In this document: positions 28,451 through 38,231 of the stretch, in pieces
How the letters are laid out: each line of letters starts with the position of its first letter
Numbering within the stretch: position 1 is the first letter of the stretch
Origin: an uncultured Alphaproteobacteria bacterium
Lineage (GTDB): Bacteria > Pseudomonadota > Alphaproteobacteria > Rhizobiales > Methyloligellaceae
Reading direction: 5' to 3'
NCBI GenBank assembly: GCA_963826465.1
Contig: CAWGXJ010000020.1
Location: 142,806-206,805, forward strand
Length of the DNA: 64,000 bases
The notes under the pieces: model-generated
The model's input: only the letters and a program-made list of their open reading frames with translations
What the model was told of the DNA's origin: nothing
Database searches by the model: none
Program-made: the position numbers and the translations under genes

Positions 28451-29953
28451 CTACACCTTGACCGCACCTTCGCGATGCTTCACGGCGAATTCCTCCTCAG
28501 GCGAGAACACGAGCGTCTTCCGGCCATAGGCGGCGAAGTAGAGGATCGTGAGGGCATACCAGATCGCCACGCCGATGACGCCGGTCTGGTAAAGCGGATC
28601 GGTGAGTTGGAAGTAGATCGTGACCACCGCGATGATCGCCGTCAGCGCGGCGCCGACAAGGCCGAACGGGCTCTTGAAAGGCCGCTCGATATGGGGAAAT
28701 TTCCGGCGCAGCTGGATAAAGGTCACCGCCTGCAGGAAATAAGAGATCATCGCCCCGAACACCGCCATGTTAAGCAGCACGCCACCGATAAAGGAGCCGG
28801 CCTCGGTGCCGCCTTGGGTAAACCAGACCACCAGCATGACGACGAAGCCGATCAGCGCACCGGTCACCAGCGCGATATTCGGCGTCTTGTGCGTGCTGTC
28901 GGTGACCGACAGGAAGTGCGGAAAATAGCCCGCACGCGACAGCGAGAAAATCTGCCGGCCGTAAGCGAAGATGATCGAATGGAAGCTCGCCACCAGGCCA
29001 GCCACGGCGAAGAGCGCGAGGATCTTCGCCCAGCCCGTGCCGTAGATGGTGCGGAAACCATCGAGGATCGGCTCGCCCGATGAGCCCAGCGCGAAGGCGC
29101 CGGGTGCGATCGCCGGGTTGATGATCAGGACCAGGAAGCCGGTCGCGATCAGCGTGAACATGCCGAGCATGATGCCTTTGGGCATGTCGCGCTTCGGATC
29201 GGACGATTCTTCCGCGGCCAGCGGCAGCTCTTCGATGGCGAGGAACAGCCACACGGCGAATGGCATCGCAGCCAACACGCCATGGATGCCGAAGGGCAGG
29301 AATGGCCCGTTGCCGTCTGGGAGTTCAACCCCGGCCCCGTCCGGACCGACGCCGATATTCATGGCGTATTTGCTGAATTCCATGAACGGAATCGCGCTGA
29401 CGAAGAAGAAGATCAGGATGCCGAGCGCGAGCAGCGTGACGATCACCGTGACGGTGAAGGACAGAGCTACACCACGCACGTTCAAGCCGACGAAGACGAT
29501 GTAGCCGACCAGCCACCAGATGGGTTGGAAGGAGTCCGGCGTGCCGAAAATAGCGGTCAGGTAGGAGCCGATAAAGAACACGATCACCGCCGGCGTCAGC
29601 ACGTATTCGATGTTCTCGGCGACGCCCGTGATGAAGCCCCCCCACGGGCCGAACGCGGTCCGGGCGAACGAATAGGCCCCGCCCGTATGCGGCAGCGCCG
29701 GGCTCATCTCGGCGATCGAATACGTCAGGCCGAGATACATGATGGCGATGATGATGGTGCCGACGAACATGCCGCCCCAGCCGCCCACCGAGAAGCCCAG
29801 GTTCCACCCCGAGAAATCGCCCGAGATGACCGCGCCGACGCCCAGCGCCCAGAGTGAAAAGACGCCGGCGTGGCGCTTCAGCTCGCGTTTCGTGAAATAG
29901 TCTCCGCCGGGGATGTGATACGAAACCCCGCCTTCATGTCGCTTCTCAGCCAT
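28451..29953 (-). CDS. eat: Ethanolamine permease (APC family)
   Basis: WALGVGAVISGDFSGWN, PHTGGAYSFAR, PFAVWLFLAIE; upstream of eutBC. Confidence 0.88.
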   Translation of the reverse strand: MAEKRHEGGVSYHIPGGDYFTKRELKRHAGVFSLWALGVGAVISGDFSGWNLGFSVGGWGGMFVGTIIIAIMYLGLTYSIAEMSPALPHTGGAYSFARTAFGPWGGFITGVAENIEYVLTPAVIVFFIGSYLTAIFGTPDSFQPIWWLVGYIVFVGLNVRGVALSFTVTVIVTLLALGILIFFFVSAIPFMEFSKYAMNIGVGPDGAGVELPDGNGPFLPFGIHGVLAAMPFAVWLFLAIEELPLAAEESSDPKRDMPKGIMLGMFTLIATGFLVLIINPAIAPGAFALGSSGEPILDGFRTIYGTGWAKILALFAVAGLVASFHSIIFAYGRQIFSLSRAGYFPHFLSVTDSTHKTPNIALVTGALIGFVVMLVVWFTQGGTEAGSFIGGVLLNMAVFGAMISYFLQAVTFIQLRRKFPHIERPFKSPFGLVGAALTAIIAVVTIYFQLTDPLYQTGVIGVAIWYALTILYFAAYGRKTLVFSPEEEFAVKHREGAVKV

Positions 29954-30152
29954 TGTGCTATCCCCCTGTGCCCCACCCTGGGCAGAAGCCAAAGATTAAT
30001 CCCGGAAATCACATGCCACAAAGCAGTATTAGTGTGCGGCGGGCAGGATTCTTTGGCGCCCCGGCTCTAATGCCCTCAATCGCGGCAGCCGCGTGGCTTC
30101 GCCTGCTAAAAGCCTAATCAAACGGACGATTTAAAGAGCAGCTTGCGTCTCC

Positions 30153-31997
30153 ATGGCCCTCCCGCCCCTTCTTCTTCTCAAGGACATAAGGCTCTCCTTC
30201 GGCGACAAGCCGCTGTTGGAGGGTGCTGCGCTGTCCATCGGCCCGTCGGAACGGCTCTGCCTTGTCGGCCGTAATGGGTCGGGCAAGTCGACACTTCTCA
30301 AGATCGCCGCAGGCCAGATCGAGCCTGACGGCGGCAGCCGCTTCCTGCAGCCTGGCACGACCATCCGCTATCTGGCGCAGGACCCGGATCTCTCCGGCTT
30401 TGCCACCGTCCGCGCGTTCGTCGAGACGGGGCTTGCGCCCGGCGACGATCCACATCGCGCCCGCTATCTCCTGGAGAGTCTCGGTCTGACGGGGGAGGAG
30501 GATCCCGCACGCCTCTCCGGCGGCGAGACGCGGCGCGCGGCGCTTGCCCAAGTGCTCGCGCCGGACCCCGACATCTTGCTGTTGGACGAGCCCACCAACC
30601 ATCTCGATGTCGTGGCCATCGCGGAGTTGGAGGCGGTGCTCGGCGCCTCACGCTCGGCGCTGGTGCTGATCAGCCACGACCGGCGCTTCCTGGAAGATCT
30701 CTCTCAAGCGACGGTCTGGCTCGACCGCGGCACCACGCGGCGTCTGGACCAAGGCTTTGCTGCGTTCGAGGCCTGGCGGGACGGCATTCTCGAAGAGGAG
30801 GAGAGTGCGCGCCATAAGCTCGACCGGCAGATCGTCCGTGAGGAGCATTGGCTGCGCTATGGCGTGAGCGCGAGGCGAAAGCGCAACCAGCGCCGGCTCG
30901 AAGGACTGCTCTCGCTGCGCGGCGAGCGTGTGCGCGCGAAGCAGAACCGCGTTCAGGCCGATGTGAGGCTCACCCTGCACGACGCGGAAGAAGCGGGCCG
31001 GAAGGTGATCGAAGTGCACCAGATCGCTAAGAGCTACGGCGACCTCTGCCTCGTCCGCGACTTCAGCATCAAGATCGGGCGCGGCGACCGGGTCGGCATC
31101 GTGGGGCCGAACGGAGCCGGTAAGACGACCCTCGTCAATCTTCTGACGGGCGCGCTGAAACCCGACGCCGGCACAGTGAAGCTCGGGACCAATCTCCAAG
31201 TGGCGACGCTCGACCAGCGCCGCGAGGCGCTCGATCCGGAACGGAGCGTCGCCGCGACGCTCACGGATGGGAGCGGCGATGCCGTGATCATCAACGGGGA
31301 GTCGCGGCACGTCATCAGCTACATGGGGGATTTTCTGTTCGCGCCCGAGCAGGCGCGGACGCCGGTGAAGGCGCTTTCGGGGGGCGAGCAGGGGCGTCTC
31401 ATGCTGGCGGTGGCGCTCGCGCACCCCTCGAACTTGCTGGTGCTCGACGAGCCGACCAACGATCTCGATCTGGAGACGTTGGACGTGCTCCAGGAGATGC
31501 TGGCGAGCTATCCCGGCACGGTCCTCCTCGTCAGCCACGACCGCGACTTCCTCGATCGCACCGTCACCTCGGTGGTGGTCGCGGAAGGGGACGGCACCTG
31601 GATCGAGTATGCCGGCGGCTATTCCGACATGGTGGCGCAACGCGGCCATGGCGTGGGCGCCCCGCAGGACAAGCGCGCGCCGAAGGTTGCGGTGAAGCAA
31701 GCGGCGCCCGCAAAGCCTGCACCGGCGCCGGCGCAGCGCAAGCGCCTGAGCCCGACCGAGCAACACGCCTTGAAGACCTTGCCCAAGCGCATCACGGCGC
31801 TTCAGGAGGAGATCGGGCGGCTGGAACGGATGCTTGCCGATCCGGATTTCTATGCGAGGGACCGTGAGGCTTTCGCGGCCGCGAGCGGTGCGCTGACCAA
31901 GGCGCAATCCGATCTTGCCGCCGCCGAGGAAGAGTGGTTGCGGCTCGAGCTCCTACGTGAGGACCTCGAGGAGGTGTCATCCTCCGCCGCGCGGTAG
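30153..31997 (+). CDS. ABC-F family ATPase (Uup-like)
   Basis: Two ABC cassettes (GRNGSGKS, GPNGAGKT), DEPTN x2, SHDR x2, GVSARRKRNQRR linker, C-terminal coiled coil. Confidence 0.93.
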   Translation: MALPPLLLLKDIRLSFGDKPLLEGAALSIGPSERLCLVGRNGSGKSTLLKIAAGQIEPDGGSRFLQPGTTIRYLAQDPDLSGFATVRAFVETGLAPGDDPHRARYLLESLGLTGEEDPARLSGGETRRAALAQVLAPDPDILLLDEPTNHLDVVAIAELEAVLGASRSALVLISHDRRFLEDLSQATVWLDRGTTRRLDQGFAAFEAWRDGILEEEESARHKLDRQIVREEHWLRYGVSARRKRNQRRLEGLLSLRGERVRAKQNRVQADVRLTLHDAEEAGRKVIEVHQIAKSYGDLCLVRDFSIKIGRGDRVGIVGPNGAGKTTLVNLLTGALKPDAGTVKLGTNLQVATLDQRREALDPERSVAATLTDGSGDAVIINGESRHVISYMGDFLFAPEQARTPVKALSGGEQGRLMLAVALAHPSNLLVLDEPTNDLDLETLDVLQEMLASYPGTVLLVSHDRDFLDRTVTSVVVAEGDGTWIEYAGGYSDMVAQRGHGVGAPQDKRAPKVAVKQAAPAKPAPAPAQRKRLSPTEQHALKTLPKRITALQEEIGRLERMLADPDFYARDREAFAAASGALTKAQSDLAAAEEEWLRLELLREDLEEVSSSAAR

Positions 31998-32024
31998 GAT
32001 CGGACTATCAGGAGGAGAACATCC

Positions 32025-32357
32025 ATGAACTGGCTAAGAGTCCTTGGCGCCACCGCGCTCGGTATCGCCATGCTTGCGGCTGCGGCCTCGGCTGCCGAAA
32101 CGCCGATCGCCTCGGCGACGTTCAAATGCGAAGGGGACAAGGCTATCGACGCGACCTTCTACCCCGACTCCGTTGACCTGACGCTGACCGACGGCCGCAG
32201 CATGGAACTGCCGCAGGTGATCTCGGGCTCCGGCGCGCGCTATGCCAATGCCGATGAGTCCTTCGTGTTCTGGAACAAGGGCGACACCGCCTTCGTCACC
32301 GAAGGGCCCGACGACAACGACAACATGACTTACAAGGACTGCGTCGCCATCAAGTGA
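32025..32357 (+). CDS. MliC/PliC-family lysozyme inhibitor
   Basis: Signal peptide, two Cys, SGSGARY and FWNKG motifs; no lipobox. Confidence 0.9.
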   Translation: MNWLRVLGATALGIAMLAAAASAAETPIASATFKCEGDKAIDATFYPDSVDLTLTDGRSMELPQVISGSGARYANADESFVFWNKGDTAFVTEGPDDNDNMTYKDCVAIK

Positions 32358-32365
32358 GTCGGCGC

Positions 32366-33139
32366 TTAGTCGCGCGCGGCGCGCTGGGCGAGCATCGGCG
32401 GCGTCAGGTACATGATCGATGTCTTGCGCCGCCCGGCCTGGACATAGGCCACGGAAAGAATTGCGCCGCCGGGTTGCTTCGCCTCGTCCTCCGTCAGAAT
32501 CTCTGCCGCGAGGCTGAACCGCTCTCCGGGGGGAACGACCGCCCCGCCTTTCCCTCCTTCGACTTTGAGCACGAGCTCCAATTCGCCCGCGCCTGAATCC
32601 GGCTTGAGAACCGCTCGGACCGCTTCCAGGGGCTGATCCGAGGTATTGACCCCGTCGATCAGGAAGGCCTCGCTGCCGGCCGGCGGAGGTTCATCCAAAA
32701 ACCATTGGATTGCGGACTCCGGCGTTGGCGACTCCTGCGTTGGCGACTCCGGCATCGGGGGCGCCGGCGTTGCAGCCTCGGGCCTTGGAGACTCCGGCGC
32801 GACAGCGATTTCCGCTGTCGCACCGAACCAGCCGGTCGTCGATGCGGCTTGGATCGGTTTCGGGCGGGCCGAAAGCGCCTGCGCCACGGACGCCGAGGTC
32901 TCATCGATTGCAGCCGCGAGGTCTAGGACCGGTTTGTCCCAGCCGGACGGGAGCTCCTTGGCGATCTCGGCGAGGCTCGCGTGGACGGGACCCGATTCCG
33001 GGGCCGTGTAGAGAAAGAGAAAGCCCAGCAGCGCGGCCATCGAGATCGCCATCGAGCCGAGCGCAATCCAGGTGTTGCGTGTGCTGTAGGACGCAAGCAG
33101 AAGGACGAAAACAGCGATGCCGGCGGCGAGTAGATCCAA
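32366..33139 (-). CDS. Hypothetical membrane protein with Pro-rich linker
   Basis: Two N-terminal TM segments, PESPTQESPTPES repeats, beta-rich C-terminus. Confidence 0.65.
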   Translation of the reverse strand: MDLLAAGIAVFVLLLASYSTRNTWIALGSMAISMAALLGFLFLYTAPESGPVHASLAEIAKELPSGWDKPVLDLAAAIDETSASVAQALSARPKPIQAASTTGWFGATAEIAVAPESPRPEAATPAPPMPESPTQESPTPESAIQWFLDEPPPAGSEAFLIDGVNTSDQPLEAVRAVLKPDSGAGELELVLKVEGGKGGAVVPPGERFSLAAEILTEDEAKQPGGAILSVAYVQAGRRKTSIMYLTPPMLAQRAARD

Positions 33140-33243
33140 CGTGTGTCCCCCACGTTAGTCTCTAGTTGCACTTTAGAATGGCTCAGAACCGTGGCACGAG
33201 CACGGCGAAGGCATACGCGAAACTCTTTGCAATTTGCCTACCC

Positions 33244-34197
33244 TCAAGCTCGCTTGGTCTGCAAACGATCGGTAAGCCACGCCCCCAGGCGCTGCCGTCC
33301 ATGGCCGTGCGCTTTGCGCAAGACCCGGCCCATGTTCATGAAGCCGTGGATCGTGCCTTCCAGGCACTCATACTCGACCGGCACGTCTGCCCGCGCCAAG
33401 GCTTGCGCATATTCCGCGCCTTCGTCGCGCAAAGGATCGTGGCCCGCGGTGAGGATCAGGGCCGGCGGGAGGCCGCTATAGTCCTCGTAAAGCGCAGGGA
33501 TCGCCCGCGGATCGGCGAACGGCCAGGCGATCCCGAAATAATGGTCGAAGAACCAGGAGATCATGTCGCGCGGGATCGGGAAGTGGTGGGCGAGCTCATT
33601 GCGTGAGGGAAGCCGGCCGCGCAGGTCGAGCGCCGGATAGATGAGGACTTGGGCGCGCACGGGCGCCGCGAGCCGGCCCTTGGTCTCGTGCAGGACGACG
33701 GCCGCGAGCGCGCCTCCCGCGCTGTCGCCGACGATAGCGATCCTCTCGGGGTCAAGACCGAGCGTTTCGGCCTCGCTGGACAGCCAAGTCAGTGCGGCGA
33801 CGGTGTCTTCCAAGGCGGCGGGGAAGGGATGCTCCGGCGCGAGCCGATAGTCGAGAGAGAACACGGTGGCGTGCGTGTCGTGGCAGAGCGTGCGGCACAA
33901 GACATCGTGGGTCTCGATGTCGCCGAGGACGCCGCCGCCTCCATGAAGGAACAGGATGGCGGCTTGCGCCCCGCGGCCTGAGCCGGCGGATACATATTGG
34001 CGTGCCCGCAAGGGCCCGACGTGGCCCGGCACGGCAAGGTCGGTCACGGCGCCGACAGGCGGCGGGGCGATCTCCGTCTTGGCCAGCGAGCGGCGGTACT
34101 CTTCGCGGGCGGCGCCGGGGCTGAGGGTCCACAGCGGCGCGGCGGGCGAGGAGGACGCCCAATGCATCAACGCTTCGGTTTCGCGATCGAGCTTCAC
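33244..34197 (-). CDS. Alpha/beta hydrolase, HSL-family esterase (start approximate)
   Basis: HGGG, DYRLAPEHPFPA, GDSAGG, DPLRDEG, HGF. Confidence 0.93.
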   Translation of the reverse strand: MKLDRETEALMHWASSSPAAPLWTLSPGAAREEYRRSLAKTEIAPPPVGAVTDLAVPGHVGPLRARQYVSAGSGRGAQAAILFLHGGGGVLGDIETHDVLCRTLCHDTHATVFSLDYRLAPEHPFPAALEDTVAALTWLSSEAETLGLDPERIAIVGDSAGGALAAVVLHETKGRLAAPVRAQVLIYPALDLRGRLPSRNELAHHFPIPRDMISWFFDHYFGIAWPFADPRAIPALYEDYSGLPPALILTAGHDPLRDEGAEYAQALARADVPVEYECLEGTIHGFMNMGRVLRKAHGHGRQRLGAWLTDRLQTKRA

Positions 34198-34432
34198 AGT
34201 AGTCGTTCCGCTGCCTGATCCTCTGCGCCCCGTCAATTCCAAGGCCTCCCTATGAGTAAGGCTCTCGAAGTCCCTACCGCAAGGGAGGGGCAATGCCGGA
34301 CCGCCTGCCATTAGCAGGACACAAACCATTGCCATGACAGGTTTACGACTTTGAGGGAGCGCAAGGGCCGCCTCGCTTCGTGGGAGCCGGGGGGAGGCGG
34401 CCGGCGCAAAAGTTGCGGCGGGGGAAGAGGCA

Positions 34433-35140
34433 GTGACCGACCTCTACAAGATCCTGGGCGTAAAGCGGACCGCGGCCCGGAAAGACATCCACAAAGCCTA
34501 CCGAAAGAAGGCCAAGGCGGCTCACCCGGACAGCGGCGGCTCGGTGGAGGCCTTCAACGAGCTGGTGACGGCCTATTCCGTCCTGGCCGATGCGGACCGC
34601 CGCACCAAATACGACGAAACCGGCGAGATCGATCCGCCGCGGCCCGACAATTTCGACGGCGGCGCCATCGAGATCATCGCCGAGAAGCTCGGCCTCGTCA
34701 TCCATGCGGAGCATGACTTGGCGAGTATGGACGTGGGCGCGCTGATCGAGGGGGCAATCCGCGACGATATTCGCGCCCGCAAGGGAAGCGTGGCGCATCA
34801 GAAGCGTGCGGCCGAGCGGCTGGCGAAGCTGCGCGCCCGCACCAAGCGCAAGGCGCAAGGCGACGACAATCTCGTGGCGCGGGTGCTCGACTGGCACGAA
34901 CTCGCGATCCAGAATCACATCAAGAAGCACGAGGACTCGATCCGCTTCCTGGAGCGGGCGCTTGTGATCCTGCAAGACTATTCCTTCACCGACGACCTCG
35001 TCGTCGCGCAGACCGAAGAGGTGACCGGCGCTCTGAACGACATCCTGGTGGCGCTCGACGAGCTGGCGGCGATCCTCAATACGAGCCCGGCCCGTGCCGA
35101 GGCGATGCCGCAAGGCGCAGGCCCCACCGCATTCGGCTGA
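34433..35140 (+). CDS. Class C J-domain protein with helical C-terminal region
   Basis: DLYKILGV...AYRKKAKAAHPDSGG...AYSVLAD...RTKYD. Confidence 0.88.
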   Translation: MTDLYKILGVKRTAARKDIHKAYRKKAKAAHPDSGGSVEAFNELVTAYSVLADADRRTKYDETGEIDPPRPDNFDGGAIEIIAEKLGLVIHAEHDLASMDVGALIEGAIRDDIRARKGSVAHQKRAAERLAKLRARTKRKAQGDDNLVARVLDWHELAIQNHIKKHEDSIRFLERALVILQDYSFTDDLVVAQTEEVTGALNDILVALDELAAILNTSPARAEAMPQGAGPTAFG

Positions 35141-35214
35141 TCTTGGTCGCCTCAGGGGTGGCCGAAGGGAGCCGTCTCGCGTAAATTTTCCGGCAGTCTC
35201 TGGGGGATAGGGGA

Positions 35215-36870
35215 TTGCGCGGAACCTTCCTGATCACCTCTCTATGTCTGGCAGGCCTTGTGAGCTTGGCGGCCGGCGCCCTGGCGCGCGCCGAGGCGGA
35301 GGGCTCGGCGTTGCCGTGGGAGAGGGTCGAGAAAGCCTCGGAGCCGTCATCCCAAACGTCTGATCAAGCATCTGAGCCGTCGGCGCAAGGCGCCGCGGCC
35401 TCCCCGGAGGCAGGTGCCGCCGAGGACGCTCAGGCGACATCGTCCGTGCCTCCGCACCCCGTGGTGGCGATCATTCGCGACAAGCTCGCCGGCACCGGCG
35501 TCGATAAGGACGCCGATACGGATGACGTGGCAGCGCTGCGGACTTTCTACGGCGCCTGGAACAGGCCGCCGCTGTGGATCACGGATATGGGGCTCTCGGC
35601 CAAGGGGCAGGCCGCCTTGTTCGAGATCCAGAAGGCCGACGATTGGGGGTTGGACGCCAAGGCCTTCGCCCTGCCGGACGCAGGCGCGCTGCCGGCTAAC
35701 CCCGAGGCTCAAGCGTCCGCCGAGATCAAGCTCGACCTCGCCATTCTGAAATATGCGCGCTTCGCTCGCGGCGGCAGGTTCACGCCGTCCGAGATCAGCG
35801 ATGTGCTGGACCAGACGCCGCCCTTGCGCGATCCGCAGGAGGTGATTGCCGAGATCGCCGTGACCGCTTCGCCCGGCGCCTATCTCCAATCGCTTCATCC
35901 GCACCACACGCAGTTCGTGCGCCTGCATCAGGCCTTGCTCAAGGCCCGCGACAATGAGGAGGAGGGCGCCAAGACCGACGAGACCGCCATCAGGCGCATC
36001 ATCATCAACATGGAGCGCTGGCGCTGGCTGCCGGAGGATCTCGGTCCGCTATACGTGTGGCTCAACACGCCCGAATTCATGCTGTACCTGGTCAAGGACG
36101 GGAAGACGATCTTCTCGGACAAGACGCTCGTCGGCACGATCGGCAACCCGACGCCGGTCTTCTCCGCCGATATGGACACCATCGTGTTCAACCCCGATTG
36201 GATCGCGCCGCCCTCGGTCCTGGATGAGAAGTTGCTGCCGGCGTTACGACGCAAAGACTTCAACATCCTCAAGGCCAACAAGCTGCACGTGAGCTATCAG
36301 GGCAAGCGCATCGATCCGACCAGGGTCAATTGGAGCCGCGTTGACATCCACAATTTCACGTTCAGCCAAAAGGCGGGCCCCAAGAACGTTCTCGGCAAGG
36401 CCAAGTTCCTCTATCCCAACAAGCATGTCGTCTACATGCATGACACGCTTCCGTACCGGCAGAAGGTCTTCGAAGAGGAGAAGCGCGACATCGGCTATGG
36501 GTGCGTGCGGATGCAGAGACCGCAGCAGTTCGCCGAGCTGATGCTTGCGGAAGACAAGGAGTGGCCGGCAAGCAAGGTCAAGGATCTGTGGGACAAGGGC
36601 GTCAATAGCCCCGTGACGCTCGACAAGACCCCGCCGGTGCACACGACGTATTTCACCGTCGTTGTCGATGATCAGGGCAAGGTCGCGACGTTCGGCGACC
36701 TCTATGGGATCGACCGCAAGATGGCCGTCGCGTTGTTCGGCGACGCCAAGGGCTTCCCGGAGCCGCCGCCTGAACCCAAGCAAAAGGACAGCGCCGTCGC
36801 ATCGGCGCCAACCGGTAGCCCCAGCGGGGGCGGTGGATTTGCCCACGCGCTCGGCTTCCTCGACAACTAG
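35215..36870 (+). CDS. L,D-transpeptidase, YcbB/LdtD-like
   Basis: NMERWRWLP, TPVFS, VFNPDW, NVLGKAKFLYPN, YMHDT...GCVRM. Confidence 0.9.
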   Translation: MRGTFLITSLCLAGLVSLAAGALARAEAEGSALPWERVEKASEPSSQTSDQASEPSAQGAAASPEAGAAEDAQATSSVPPHPVVAIIRDKLAGTGVDKDADTDDVAALRTFYGAWNRPPLWITDMGLSAKGQAALFEIQKADDWGLDAKAFALPDAGALPANPEAQASAEIKLDLAILKYARFARGGRFTPSEISDVLDQTPPLRDPQEVIAEIAVTASPGAYLQSLHPHHTQFVRLHQALLKARDNEEEGAKTDETAIRRIIINMERWRWLPEDLGPLYVWLNTPEFMLYLVKDGKTIFSDKTLVGTIGNPTPVFSADMDTIVFNPDWIAPPSVLDEKLLPALRRKDFNILKANKLHVSYQGKRIDPTRVNWSRVDIHNFTFSQKAGPKNVLGKAKFLYPNKHVVYMHDTLPYRQKVFEEEKRDIGYGCVRMQRPQQFAELMLAEDKEWPASKVKDLWDKGVNSPVTLDKTPPVHTTYFTVVVDDQGKVATFGDLYGIDRKMAVALFGDAKGFPEPPPEPKQKDSAVASAPTGSPSGGGGFAHALGFLDN

Positions 36871-36964
36871 CCAGGGCGCACTCTGGTGCTCCCTGTGCGC
36901 GCCCCATGGCGCGTGCTAGTGTGCTCTGTTTTACGCGGTTCGCGTCTGACCTTGGGAGGATCAC

Positions 36965-37333
36965 ATGGTGCTTGAGTCTTCGTCTAACGGGGCTTGGGTG
37001 CGCAAGCTCTGCGCTTGTGTCGTCATGGCGGCCGCCGCCTTTGCCATGACGCCGTCGCCCGCGCAGGCGAATTGTTATGAGCTGATCGGTTGCACCAATC
37101 AGGAATATTTCAAGCAGCACCAGCTGAACCAGCTCGGCTGTCAACCGCTGTGGGACGTGCGCAACACGATCTACAAAGAGAACGGCTACTGCTTTCACAC
37201 GTCGAAGGCGATCAACTATTTCGGGAATGCCGGCTGCAAATTCGACGACGCAGCCGACGTGCCGCTCAACAAGTTCGAGCGGCATAATGTGAGCGCCATC
37301 AAGAAGGTCGAGAAGAGCAAAGGCTGTTCGTAG
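36965..37333 (+). CDS. YARHG domain secreted protein
   Basis: CQPLWDVRNTIYKENGYCF; LNKFERHNVSAIK. Confidence 0.85.
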   Translation: MVLESSSNGAWVRKLCACVVMAAAAFAMTPSPAQANCYELIGCTNQEYFKQHQLNQLGCQPLWDVRNTIYKENGYCFHTSKAINYFGNAGCKFDDAADVPLNKFERHNVSAIKKVEKSKGCS

Positions 37334-37357
37334 TCGCCTTTGCTGCGCCGGACGACG

Positions 37358-37975
37358 CTACGCCGTGCTCCAATAGGGCTTGGCGCACAGGCGGCCGAGC
37401 CAGGTGGCGATGTTTCGATAGGGCGTGACATCGAATTTCAGGATGGCGGGGCTTCGCTCGAGGCGCGGGCCGATAAGGAAATCGACGATGCTGAGCGGCC
37501 CGATGATGTAATCGCGCCCCTCGAGCTGCCGGTCGAGGACGGGCAAGAAACGGGCGATGCGCGCATGGGCGTCAGCCACGATGCCGGGATCGTTGCCCGG
37601 CTGGTTCAATACCTTTGGTTTGATGAACTGCTCCCAGGCGAGAGCGTCGATGGCGGGCTCGGGACCGCCCACCCACCAGAACAGCCATTGATCGACACGC
37701 GCCTGGTCCTCAGGGGTCGCGCCGCTCAAGCCGCGCTCGGGGTGCTTCGCGGAGAGGTATTTCAGAATGGCGGCGGACTCCCAAAGCGTGAAGCCGTCTT
37801 CCGCGAGCGTCGGCACGCGGCCATTGGGATTGAGGGCAAGGTAATCGGGCCCACGCGTCTCGCCGACCCGCGGGTCGCGGGCGACCAGCTCAAGCGGAAT
37901 GCCGAGCTCGGCAGCCAGCAGGCGCACTTTGCGGGCATGGGGTGACTCGGTCATGTTGTAGAGGGTCATGGTCAT
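37358..37975 (-). CDS. Glutathione S-transferase family protein
   Basis: SPHARKV, LNPNGRVPTL, LWESAAILKYL. Confidence 0.95.
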   Translation of the reverse strand: MTMTLYNMTESPHARKVRLLAAELGIPLELVARDPRVGETRGPDYLALNPNGRVPTLAEDGFTLWESAAILKYLSAKHPERGLSGATPEDQARVDQWLFWWVGGPEPAIDALAWEQFIKPKVLNQPGNDPGIVADAHARIARFLPVLDRQLEGRDYIIGPLSIVDFLIGPRLERSPAILKFDVTPYRNIATWLGRLCAKPYWSTA

Positions 37976-38231
37976 GGCTCGCGCCCCTTATCGCGGAAGC
38001 ATGGGTCCTCTTATGCGGCACATCGCGGCACGCATTCAAATCTGGCGCAAACGTTAACGCTCGGCCGGTGCCCAAACGTGGCGTTCGAGCCGGTTTCCAA
38101 ATTGTTCCGGGGCTGCTATCGGATAGTCGAGCCCTCTTTGCGGGCGCAATTTTGCCCCCTCCCGAGGCTAGAAGCCTGTTCTCCTATCGTCGTTATTCTG
38201 TCACGGAGCCCGGGCAACAAGCTTAACGGTC

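Noticed and set aside
30005-30050. Possible sigma54 promoter and NtrC site upstream of eat
   Set aside because: TGGCAT-N5 is followed by TTCC rather than TTGC, and the GCA...TGC dyad matches NtrC only weakly.
32715-32757. 15-bp tandem repeats in the hypothetical membrane protein
   Set aside because: Ordinary Pro-rich linker expansion (PESPT) with no further signal.
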